This document shows, one piece after another, positions 50,148-62,441 of a stretch of 64,000 nucleotides of DNA (within the stretch, counting starts at the first letter, position 1; the number at the start of each line of letters is the position of its first letter). The notes beneath the pieces are model-generated. The model saw only the letters and a list, made by a program, of their open reading frames with translations. It had not been told where the DNA came from and ran no database searches. Both the position numbers and the translations under genes were made by a program. The DNA is from Neoechinorhynchus agilis (taxonomy: Eukaryota > Animalia > Acanthocephala): NCBI GenBank assembly GCA_051530055.1, contig CM121341.1, positions 8,720,784-8,784,783 of the forward strand, written 5' to 3'.

Positions 50148-50989
50148 GTGTTTCCAAACTGATTGTAAAATTGAACTCTTCTAATAATTCCAAAATAAAT
50201 TTATCGACTATTTTAATTTCACTTTCTTAAGCGGAATGTATGACAGGTGTTAGCCACGTGAAATCTCTCCACGGATGCTGCATAAATGCAATTTGATCAC
50301 ATTACTGATATCTTGTTTTGTTTGAAATGATACTGCACCTCAATTATAAGTTGGATTCCATGATTAGAAATTAAGGACTTTGGACCAATCAGTATCCGTA
50401 CCATTTGCGGTATTTAAATGGGAAATTAAAAATGGATTTATTTCACACCTCTGTGAGAATGTGCATTATGCAAGGAATTTTCAGAATTTTGTTTTTTGCA
50501 CTCCACCAGTATCGATGTGAAAGGATTTAATTTAAAACGAATCTAAATTTAAATCGAAAATTAAATGGATTAAAAGGGTAAAAAATAAGAGAATGACACA
50601 TTGGTGCCGTAAGCTATTTTACAAAATAAAAATTATTATTTTTTTCGGCACACGACGAAATTGCGACAAAAAAATATTCGTATTTTATAATATAGCTAGC
50701 AAGTAAGCTGTAATCTAATTTATATCGAACATAAAAAATTAAAGAATTTTATTGGTGTAAACTAAGTTGTCCTACGAGGCCGCATTTTGGCATCATTCCA
50801 ATCAAATGTATAAATGCTAAAATTATTCGCTCGGATGTAGAAACTGAAATATTAATCGGCAAACTAAAAAATGTCACTTTTCGTTTTAAAATGTAGTTAC
50901 GTTTTTTTTGCTGGACTATTCATGGCTAATAAGTGAGCATTTACCAAATTTAAAATAATGATTTTGATTCTCCCGTCAATATGTATTTA

Positions 50990-51855
50990 TTAAATTAAAT
51001 TATGCAACAAATTTCCAAACAGGTCGAAGGAACCAAGAAAAACAAATCCTCCAACGGACAACCAAAACACCCTTGGAATTGCCCCTTTGAACAACGACTG
51101 AGCGCCTTCGTGTTTCCACAAACGATGAAAAGTGCCACGGAACCCTTCGGTCGAGTCAGTTATCATCAGTCGTGTTTTGATAACGTCCAGTGGCGTCGTA
51201 ATGAATCCCGCAGTGGCGCCCGATATAAATCCAGCAATAGCACTATTTAAGTTGCTACATTCCCCATTTTTCGAACTATATTTTTTAATGGACTGCCACA
51301 TGGGGATTTGTATGAACGAAAATGGAATATCACGGATCAGAGTTGCTCCGAATCCTCTATATAAATTCAAGTATCCTTTTGATAGTGTAAGACGAACCGT
51401 AGTAATGAAATTTGTACTTGATCTGACTTGCATTCGTTGTTTTAAGACTTCTGAGGGAACTCGCACAAAGCAAGCAAAAAGTTCTGCAACACTTGCTCCG
51501 GCTGCATCACGCCATGGTTCGTCTATCCCTTTGAACACCGATATAGGCCAATAGTTCACTTTCCTTAAAGAATATCAACGCAATGGTGAATTTTTGGACG
51601 TTTGTCCAGAAAATTGTACGTAAAAAAGAATATGGCTGAAGATGGAGCGCTACCCAAGGCCAATGGCCCAAGTCCAGAATACATTCGTTTAAATCCTCCG
51701 GAAGCCCAAAATCCTTGTTGAGACTGTAATCTTGTTTTTATCGCATCAATCGGAAAAAGTCCAATATCAGAAACAAGACCTGCTAATGCACCAGAAACCA
51801 ATGAATTTTGGTTTGAGTAAAGTTTCGGCTGATGTACTTCTATTTCTGATATCAT
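50990..51855 (-). CDS. SLC25A26: Mitochondrial S-adenosylmethionine carrier, 2 exons
   Basis: FPIDAIKTRLQS..GF..SGGF, VRVPSEVLKQR and TTPLDVIKTR. Donor at 51599; acceptor at 51559 or 51529. Confidence 0.9.
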
Positions 51856-53694
51856 TCTAAAAATTGAGGGTGAGACTTTGTGCGTTGTGTTAAAAGAACG
51901 AAAGGAAAATTGGACAAACGTGATCATCCGAGTATTAAAAACGCTAACAATAAATTTTATTAATGGGTAAAAAATACAATTTGAACCATACCAGAAGCAT
52001 GTTTAGAATCTGAGTGAAAAATTCAAACATTACTGAGAAATCCGAAAAATTCCACGACCGTCGACAGTGGTTTTTCTGAAAAGTACGTGAATTGACGCTC
52101 ACTTTTCCAGTGTCAACGGCAATGGGAATTTTTTCGTTCACACCCACCCACGCCAACTTATGACTGTCTCAGAAAATTGTCATTGACAAAGGTAACACTT
52201 TTAAAGAAACGGATAAAGTTTGTTATTAACAAGCAAACTAAGTATAGCGCTTCTAAAATATCGCATTTTAAAACGAGTAATTAAATCGAAACTCATAATT
52301 ATGCTTGCTCTTGTTCGCAAAGATTAAGTTGAACCAAAAATGCTAAATATCAATTTGACTGTGAAAAACGTAAATTACTCAAGCATTTTTAGAATTAATG
52401 TTTAGAAGTCTTCACCCGGTAAATAATTTTCTATTAAGGACATTTCGAACCTCGTAGGTTTATCATCAGTTTGTTAGTTTACAATCGCAGTACTCTACCA
52501 GAAATTATAATTGTTTTAATTTCAGTTTAGAATAATCATTATGAGGAATTAATTTTTTATTAGATGCATGTAGCCTATTAACGTCTCAAGTTTTGTAACT
52601 TTCGTCATTAAATTTTGACGTTAATTGTTCAATATTCTAAGCTCCGCGAATTACAGACGAGATTACGATGTTCAAAATATATATAAAAACAATTCAAAAT
52701 CGGCTGTTTAAATTATCACTAATCGTATCGATGAAATATATTTGCATTTTTATGTTGCGAATGTTATCGATAATTTCAAGCTGCTAATTAATCGAACTTT
52801 GAATGCGGACGGCAAATGAAATTTCAAGTCAGCAATTCAGTAAGTTTAAAATTCTGGTTGTTGGTGAGACGCAGGAAACAATATTTAACGAAAAAAGAAT
52901 TTTGTAAAAGACTAGCTAAATAATACTCGATTAACCTTTAGAATCTCAGCTCTTATAGACACATGAACATGTTTCAGTTGGAAATTATGATTGTCCATGA
53001 ACATTTTTGAAGACAAAATGCCTTCAAGAAGTTCGCCATTGGTGTCGTCTATAAAAGTTACATTAGAATCCGGATTTTTGGATTTTGGAGGCTGAAATCA
53101 TTATTTTAGCTAACCACTTGACTTACTAGTCAATATCAACAAGACAAGGAATTACAACGCAAAACTTTAAGCGCCGTCTTCTAAAACAATGATTGTTGAA
53201 TTTTAAATTAAAAGAAAAAATCTAATGCACGTAGCTTTGAAAACTAAATTTTTTAAAGACAACGAGGTAACAAATCATTAAAATTCAATATAATGATGAT
53301 TTTGGGAATGAAGTAGAACTGAATTACATATTCGAGGTGGCAAATGTTTTTTAAAGTAACGACGATATGGAAAGACGAAAACACGTAAAAAGATATAAAT
53401 CCGAGTAATCAATTGTTTAATTGAAACACTGTTAAATGACTATAAAGTATACCTGAAATAATAGATTCAATTAGCAGTAAGCACCGAAAAGAACTAGACA
53501 AATCGATTTTGCAAAAATAAACCGAGAACCAGCGGTAGGATTATTAAATACTATCAGGACAAAAAAAATAGTGATACGGAATTAAAAAAATGAACTCCGT
53601 CCCCGTCGGGGCCCTTTTTGAAACCGAAATAAATCCAGTAAAACGTGTACCCGAAAAAGAGGAAGGTTAAAAACTTTATTAAAGAAATTCGACT

Positions 53695-53813
53695 TAGGTT
53701 GTTTTATGGCGTGAAGAAATTAAAATGATTTTTAAAATCCGATATTTCCGAGGCACTCGGAAATATCGGATTTTAAAAATCATTCTAATTTCTTCGCTCC
53801 AGAAAGCAACCTA
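53695..53813. repeat. Long near-perfect hairpin with a 3-nt loop, inside 16-bp direct repeats
   Basis: Centre ...atttccgag gca ctcggaaat...; aaagaaattcgactta at 53681 and 53834. Confidence 0.9.
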
Positions 53814-55494
53814 TATGAATAATTCAATCTTGAAAAGAAATTCGACTTATTGGCTCCTTTGTTGTTTTAAAATTTGAAACAAACGATGCGACTTAAGAAA
53901 TCCAAATGTCTATAGCGTGTTAGTGATCACTAAAATTCGGTCAAGAAGATTACTTGGACGGCTCGAATCCAGATTATAGTATAGCTTTTAGCTAAAAGAA
54001 ATATAAATTGGCAAAAACAACTCAAACTGATGACATAATGCAAGATAACTCAAAAAAATTGTTTTAAACAGAGCAAATGTCAGACAATTTTATACTTTGC
54101 GAAATAAGAATGAGTTTAAAATCGTTTGGGTTCTATTTGGACCATTGTGGGTTGCCCACAATGAAAGCGAAACACACGGAATATGGATAAAAATGACGTA
54201 CACTTTTCTGGTAGGATGATCTTAAATTGGAGGGGTTATTTTGGTTGAAAATATCAAATTTTTTTTGATTTAAGACAAGAGTACAAAAGGGCAATCTCGG
54301 GATTCGATAAGCCGAAATGCTTGGACTTTTTGTGGGACATTCATTACGATTAATCATAGACGACTATAGAGAAAACAGTTGCATCTTAAGATTGGAGAGA
54401 AATAGTTCATTATCTAAAGTGCAAGAAATTATACTTAAAAGAACTATACCATGAAGACTTCGAGAGCCTTTCGATGCCGCGGTTGCCGAAATGTTAGGAA
54501 CTCTGAACAGCAATGATCCAGAATCAGTGGAAGGATGGGAATCCGGTAACCACCGTAAACGTCAATCCTCATCATCATCATCGTGTCAGCTTCTAGATTT
54601 GTCCCGGGCTTGGTGCTTAAGGTCCTCAACCATACGAAGTATCTGCAGCGGCCAACGACCGTTCATGAATCAAAGAATCCGAGATAAGTCCGTGCTCGTT
54701 CAAAATAAATCTCAAACTGATTAAAACTGGCGGTTCAAAAAAAGAAATTCAAGACCGAAAAGTACTAAAGGAATGGAAAATAATGACCGGAAGGTAGAAG
54801 AGGATCTAGAAGGAACCGGATCAAATGAAAGCCATGAAAGAATATGAGAGAAGAAAAATTGCCGAATGTGAGATTGTAGAAGTGAAGATGAACGTTAAAA
54901 TTGACTCATGAGGTTGCTGAGTGCAGCTTCAGTAAAAGAGGATTTATGAGTCTTAAGAATAACGGCGATTTAGATTGTTAAAGGCTGCAATATTTTTTGA
55001 ATATATAAATCGAGATGATATTGAAATGTTTCAATAAAATTTATTTAAAACAATCGTCTTCAATAAGCAAGTTTTTTAGCCGCAGAAACAATTTTGTAAA
55101 TTCGAAGGGAACTTGTTTAACCATTATCTCGAGGATCCAGCATTCCTTTCCTGAATTGCTTAATGGCGAGAGTTTCTATTTAAATGTAAGAAATCATTTC
55201 GGATTTATTACTAAATACAAATTCGTTTTTCTCGGATACTAAATTGGTCAATATTCTTTGTTTCAAGATGCCCCAACGTGTAAATATTGCTATTGGTCAA
55301 AGAAAAAATATAAGTAATTATTTATCACTTTTAATCAGCCAATGATGTCCCTTCAAACAAAATGCTACAAAACATTAGCTTTAAAATCTAAACATCTAGA
55401 GTTGGATGTAAAGCTGTTTGCGATTACTTCATGGCAGATAAGTCTTGACGATTTCTACAGATTAAGGTAACTTTGGTAAGAACAATTAAGACAA

Positions 55495-56227
55495 ATGGAA
55501 AACACTGACGCTTGCTCCAATAAAGGTGAAGTTCCTAATCCATCATCAGACGAAACGATCAATGGTGAGTTTTTTCCAAAAATTCTGATCAAAAAATAGC
55601 TGCAACTCAATTTCAGTTACCGAAGTTAAGACTGAAATACAAGATCCAGAAACCCAAAATCAAAATACGGAGAACCGTAAGTTCCGTTATTTCTTCTAAA
55701 ATTCGCTAGAATACGACTTCAGAAGCAGGTTCTCCTAACGTGGAAAATAACCAAACAGCACCAAACGGTGAGTTCAGCGTTCAATCTAAAAGCTCTAACT
55801 GATTTAAAAGTAGCCCTAGAGCCCGAATCTGCGAATCTATCTTATCGCCAATTGATCAAATTAGCGATCAATTCAAGTACAAATAAGATGCTTCCATTAT
55901 GCGAAATATATCAATGGTTAATCGACAACGTTGAGTATTTTGAGCAAAGGAAGGACAAACCGCAATCCGATTCATGGAAGGTAAATTCGGATATTAATTT
56001 CGTTGCTCTGAATTTTTAAAATTAAGAATGTTGTTCGACATACATTGTCACTCAACGGAGAATTCATCAGGATAAAACAGGGATATGGTGCCAAATCTTC
56101 TCAATGGCAAGTGATTGGAGATAGTGCAACAATTGGACAATGTTTATGTGGACAGAAAAGACGAATTTGTTACACACCAAAAAACGATCGAAATGGAAGG
56201 AAGTCGAGGCGAAAAGACGATAACTGA
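55495..56227 (+). CDS. Divergent short FoxO-like forkhead protein, about 5 exons
   Basis: NLSYRQLIKLAINSS...IYQW...DSWK|NVVRHTLSL...KSSQW, with an intron at 55981..56026 between WK and N as in FoxO. The upstream exons have one phase conflict. Confidence 0.7.
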
Positions 56228-57664
56228 TTCGTAGATTAGATTTAGCATCTAGTATTAGCTTAATAATAGTATTTTAATATGATAGAGCCATGGTTTCGAT
56301 GCTATCAATCGTCTCATTTTCCATAAAAACCACTTTTGCATTTCCATTCATCAAAAAGTCACCACTTTTCCCACACCAAATCCGATGTTTGAGTGAGTTT
56401 TACGCAAAAAGTGAATTTAAAAAAATGATAACTACGATTAAACTTAAGATTCGGAAATTTACGAAAATATAAAGCACATTTTGAACTCGAGAAAAAGTAG
56501 AGATTACAATCGATGATGACATCGACAGTAAAAAATTCCAAATGATTGGTAAAAATACTGCTTTTTTAAAGAAATAATCGGTGTTTTAAGATTGAATTAT
56601 TTATATATTTTTTATGGCGGAAAAATTGAAAATGCCAAAATATCGGACCTAATAAATTTCTTTAATTTTTTCGCCATATAAAAATCAAAGTTTTCTTAAA
56701 TAAAGTCATTCAAACAGCAGTTTAAAGAATATTCTTAAAGTGAGAATTCCGGGTGCTTTGAATGTTCATTGCTCATTTATCTCCGTACATTAAATTAAAG
56801 ATAAAATCCATGAGTACACTTGCAAACAATAATTGACTGAAGAAGTCCAGTGTGTACGAAATATTTCAATTAAAGTGATTCTTGGATATATAATTTTTCC
56901 CCAAAGCAACACACAATCTCCGTACGTCTCACACTGTTCAGAATTTCGGATTTTTTTGATGGGCAAAGAGAGAAAAACGGTCTGAGGATAACGAGGAAAA
57001 TCGCTGTAAGTAGAGATCAATTAAAATTCAGTTGAACTTTAACGCGGGAAAGTCATGGAACAAATTGTTTAAGGATGATTAAACGCAAGAAAATCTAAGA
57101 ACGAAGAGGAGGAAAAACAATGATAAAATAAGTTTACTTAAAGGTAATCAGAGCATTTATTCTGGAAAGCAAGGAAGGCACAGAAATCTGAGTGGAACGA
57201 TATTAAATGCGAGAAAGTGTATATGCTAATCAATTCCATTGGTTCCGATATATTAAAAACTATTAAAGGCGAATTTCTTAGACACATAGAATCGTCTTTC
57301 AAAACGGAAGCTCTAAGAAATTACGAGAACGGTAATAACGCTGAAAATGGCAATCTTCAGTTTCTTTGTATTACCAATTTTTTAATGAACACGATTAAAT
57401 TTACCCGAAACGGATTGGCTTCATAATGTTATTTTACTTTAACTGAAAACTTACTAAAATTTTCGTTTTTTATATCCAAAACTGTAAAATTGCAATCTCC
57501 CCTTGTACAATACGAGGATGCTCACGCGCTTCCACTTGATGGTATTGCATAAATAAAAACATCTTTTGACAAATATAAAATAGCTATCGCAAAGTTTAAC
57601 TTTTGCAACTGTAAATATCTCATTAGTAAATTTTAACGATGCCTTAACGATCTTAAAAAATCAA

Positions 57665-59165
57665 TTGCTTTAAAAGTTTTGTTTAATTCTTATTCTAATT
57701 TACACATTTCCATTGTGAATTTAGACGATAACTTCACGATTTTAAAACATTGTTATATTTTTATTCTAATTTGCACATTTCCATTGTGAATTTAGACGAT
57801 ACCTTCACGATTTTAAAACATTGTTATATTTTTATTCTAATTTGCACATTTCAATTGTGAATTTAGACGATAACTTCACGATTTTAAAACATTGTTATAT
57901 TTTTATTCTAATTTACACATTTCAATTGTGAATTTAGACGATACCTTCACGATTTTCAAAATTCAATGCACAAATGCAGATTATTTGAAATTTTTAATAG
58001 CTTTAAAAGTTTTGTTTAATTCTTATTGTAATTTACACATTTCCATTGTGAATTTAGACGATAACTTCACGATTTTAAAACATTGTTATATTTTTATTCT
58101 AATTTGCACATTTCAATTGTGAATTTAGACGATACCTTCACGATTTTAAAACATTGTTATATTTTTATTCTAATTTACACATTTCCATTGTGAATTTAGA
58201 CGATAACTTCACGATTTTAAAACATTGTTATATTTTTATTCTAATTTACACATTTCAATTGTGAATTTAGACGATAACTTCACGATTTTAAAACATTGTT
58301 ATATTTTTATTCAATTTACACATTTCTCTGTGAATTTAGACGATAACTTCACGATTTTAAAACATTGTTATATTTTTATTCTAATTTGCACATTTCAATT
58401 GTGAATTTAGACGATACCTTCACGATTTTAAAACATTGTTATATTTTTATTCTAATTTACACATTTCCATTGTGAATTTAGACGATAACTTCACGATTTT
58501 AAAACATTGTTATATTTTTATTCTAATTTGCACATTTCAATTGTGAATTTAGACGATACCTTCACGATTTTAAAACATTGTTATATTTTAAATCAATTTA
58601 CGCATTTTTCTGTGAATTAAAACGATACCTTCACGATTTTAAAACATTGTTATATTTTTATTCTAATTTGCACATTTCAATTGTGAATTTAGACGATACC
58701 TTCACGATTTTAAAACATTGTTATATTTTTATTCTAATTTACACATTTCAATTGTGAATTAAGACGATAACTTCACGATTTTCAAAATTCAATGCACAAA
58801 TGCAGATTATTTGAAATTTTTAATAGCTTTAAAAGTTTTGTTTAATTCTTATTGTAATTTACACATTTCCTCTATGAATTTAGACGACCACTTCACGATT
58901 TTAAAACATTGTTATATTTTTATTCTAATTTGCACATTTCAATTGTGAATTTAGACGACCACTTCACGATTTTAAAACATTGTTATATTTTTATTCTAAT
59001 TTACACATTTTTCTGTGAATAAAAACGAAAACTTCACGATTTTAAAAATTCAATGCACAAATGCCGATTATTTGAAATTTTTAAAAGCTTTAGCAGTTTT
59101 GTTATATTTTTATTCTAATTTACATATTTTTTCTGTGAATTAAAACGAGAGCTTCACGATTTTAA
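57665..59165. repeat. Tandem satellite, 71-bp unit, about 20 copies, with a recurring longer variant
   Basis: ttagacga recurs at 57721, 57792 and onward; a variant block aattcaatgcacaaatgcagattatttgaaa occurs at about 57960, 58787 and 59047. Confidence 0.97.
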
Positions 59166-60024
59166 ATAGTTCAATAAATATTTGTAGATCAAATGTCTTT
59201 TTTGCCCTTTCGTATTTTTCTCACACCATTTAACTTACTGCATCAGCGCGAATAATCGGGTTTTCCGCATTTAGCACAGCAAAAGGTAAATGTTCTGCGC
59301 ACTTTGGTGCCACCTAAGAATAAAGGCATATTTTCGGTTGCTTGGAGGACATTTCTATTGCTGGTGAGTGATTTGCGTATAGAATGACTAAGAAGACGTT
59401 GTCTTCTACTGAAGAAACTTTAACTAGGAACTGTGATGTTCATGGAATTGATCCACTTGAAGCGTTTGCTTTTTATTAATCCGTGTTTTTTTTCCGAAGA
59501 TTAATTACGGCTAAGCATTTGACTTTATATCATTACATTCCGCCTTGGTTGAGTCTGTCTAGAGAATATCCATTTTCCACGAACATTCTTGGTCGTTTTG
59601 ATGTCCATTTACCGCTGAAGGGAGGAAACTCACTGACGAGTCCCGCCTCCCCGGGAGGTATCTGAGGATTCGGAGGAATGTACAAACTCTTAACCGTCCA
59701 TCAGAGACTCTCTGATGTAATTGGTTTGGCTTTATGCCTAAAAAAAATAAGCCGGAGAAAGGGGTAAACTAAAATTTAAAAGATTCCTTTAAAAAATTAA
59801 ATTTTGTTTAGATTTAATCACACAAAGTGAAGGATTAGTGCTCTCTCTACCAAAACTTTAGGGATTTCATTGTTTTAGTATCAAAATGTGCCAAAAAAAG
59901 AGTCTAAGTTTATTGGCTTAAATTGCTATACTAAACGGAGGTTATGCTGCTCTTAAGAAATCTCAATTATCCTTATAAAGTTGTTCAATTTGAAGACCGC
60001 CTATTTAAAAAAGGGACTTTTTAG

Positions 60025-61876
60025 ATGTCCATTAAAGCCAAGAATGCCCTCGTCGTCCTTACAAGTCCTCTAAAATATATTGGACAAAATAGTGTTCGCT
60101 CATGGATCAATTTTGTAAGTGAGAAAGCTCCTTCCTCTACCGTATCCATATACTTTAATCCACTTTGCAAACGGACACCTCCTGACATTCTGGAACCGAG
60201 CACCGTCGTAACTAATGAGGAAAGGGCTCAAGTGAGCCGACTAATGAAGTTGTTCTACAAAAGTGCCACATCCAATCAACCGCCTGTTCAATTATGTTGC
60301 CTTTTGAACAACGTTCGTCCTCTAAAGAAAAGGCGAGATTCTCTAAAACCGGATTATCTATTTATTGATATAAACAAAGAAAAAGTCATTGATAGTCCAT
60401 CCTTCTTTAAACGAACACTTAATCTCGATGCTGTCCCTTCGACCGTTTTTGAACTAGAGCTATCAGAGGATGAGATCAGCGACGACGTTCAAACAGATTA
60501 TCCCATCTATCAAAAAACTGCACTGGGTGGAACGTTTGATCGACTCCATAATGGACATCGTCTTCTTCTAAGTGAAGCGATTTTATTAACAGAAACGAAG
60601 ATAATGATTGGTTTGTCTACCCGACAATTCAATGAATCCACAAACAAGTCCTTGGTGGAGATCATTGAACCCTTTGAAACCCGAATGCGGAAAGTGGAAT
60701 GCTTTCTAATGTCGCTTAAAGGTGGCCATGCTGTAGAAGTAGAGGTGGAGCCACTTAAAGATCGATACGGATTAACTATTTGCGTAAATGATTTGCACTG
60801 CCTTGTAGTCAGTGAAGAGACATTACAAGGAGCAGAGAATGTGAATAAGAAAAGGGTTGAATTAGGTTTGAAGTCTATCAGCGTCCACTCAGTTCCTGTT
60901 TTGGTGGATTCACGTGGAGAGAAAATCAGTTCTACTCTATTGCGAACGCGGGTTTTCCGTTTTTAAATCATAAAGGCTAAAGAAAAACGGTCCAGGCTTC
61001 TTAGAGTAATATGTAATGGAATTTTTCGAACTAGTACGACTTGTAGGTTCTGAAGATAACGAGAAGTAGATGTAAAGAAACCGGATTCTGCATGAAATTC
61101 CAAAAGGAAAAGTACGACTACTTTTGAGCCTCCCACCTCTTCAAGTTTCGTTTAAACTTTCAGTTTGCCACAAAGTCATTCTCTTCTAATAAACAGCAGA
61201 TCCGCATAAAGAGTCTCTCGGCAAACTACTGAAACCTCCACTTCCTAAATCGTCTGCGGATTATCCATACATCATCGGATTGACAGGTCGAGCCGGAAGC
61301 GGAAAGACGTCATTATCAACTCACATAAAGGAGATTATCGGTGAATGTGAAATAATTGAGTTCGATAAAATCGGTCACGAGTCATACATGGACGTTAAGA
61401 GTTCAACCTATAAAAAACTGGTGTCGACTTTCGGACCAATAATTGTTAGCGAGGTCGATGGATCAATCGATAGACGTATATTGGGAACAATAGTGTTCGG
61501 AGATCCAATTCAGATGGCGAAACTCCGAGTCATAGTGTGGCCTACGATGAAAGCGAGTTTAAAGCGTAAACTAGACGATGCTGCCATGAAAGGAAAAAAG
61601 CTGGTTGTCGTGGATGCTGCAATTTTGATTGAAGCTCGAGTGCATGAGATGGTTAATGAGGTTTGGGTAGCTGCTATTCACAAGCGAGAAGCCATTCGAA
61701 GATTGATAAATACTCGGGGTATGACAGAAATCAAGGCGAAATCGATTATGGCGAGTCAGCTCACCGACGATCAATATCTAGAGCATGCAAACGTATTATT
61801 TTCAACAATTGGAGAGATAAGTCAAACGAGAGAACAAGTTCACATGGCGTTGGAATTGTTGAGAGAAAGGTGGTAA
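60025..61876 (+). CDS. COASY: Bifunctional coenzyme A synthase (PPAT + dephospho-CoA kinase); join(60025..60951, 61214..61876)
   Basis: LGGTFDRLHNGH and KISSTLLR, then GLTGRAGSGKT. A GT-AG intron at 60952..61213 gives RTR|SLGKLLKPP with no gap against the remembered human motif. Confidence 0.93.
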
Positions 61877-62441
61877 TAGATGTAAGAATGAATAGACTTA
61901 TTTTTTGTGGGCATTGACGAGGATAATAGTAGTCGCCTTTTTCTATGAGCGCAGCGTTCGAGTTTAAATGCAGATTTTTTGTTTATGTTTTGTAAGCGCC
62001 CCTTTTTCCTTTCAGTTTTTCGACTTGGGATCCTTATAAAATGCTCAATTTCTCTAGATGGTCCACCGAGTAAAATTCATTTGGGAAATAAGTGTAAAGA
62101 GTGAGAACATCAATGAATTGTTTTGAAATGTTTTTCAACGAAAACGAGGGCAATTTTTGTATGATTCGGTTAATTAAACAATTGCTATTCGTTGTATGAC
62201 GACTTTAAAAGTGCAAAAAGTGTATTTGATTAATGGATCGGCAATAATACAAATAATCAGGAAGTTTGCCTTTAAAAAGTAGGAATTTGCATCGGGATTT
62301 TGAACACACTAAACAGCGCAACGACCAAGATCGAAACGACGAACAAGATCACGTCCTAAACACTTATAAACGTTAAGTATTCAACTTTTCTCAATGTACC
62401 ACTAAAGAAGTGCTTTGAGCGAGTTACTGATACTGTAAAGC

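Noticed and set aside
49041-56227. Remnant of the FoxC-FoxF-FoxL1-FoxQ1 cluster
   Set aside because: The second forkhead gene is FoxO-like, which is not a cluster member, and SLC25A26 lies between them.
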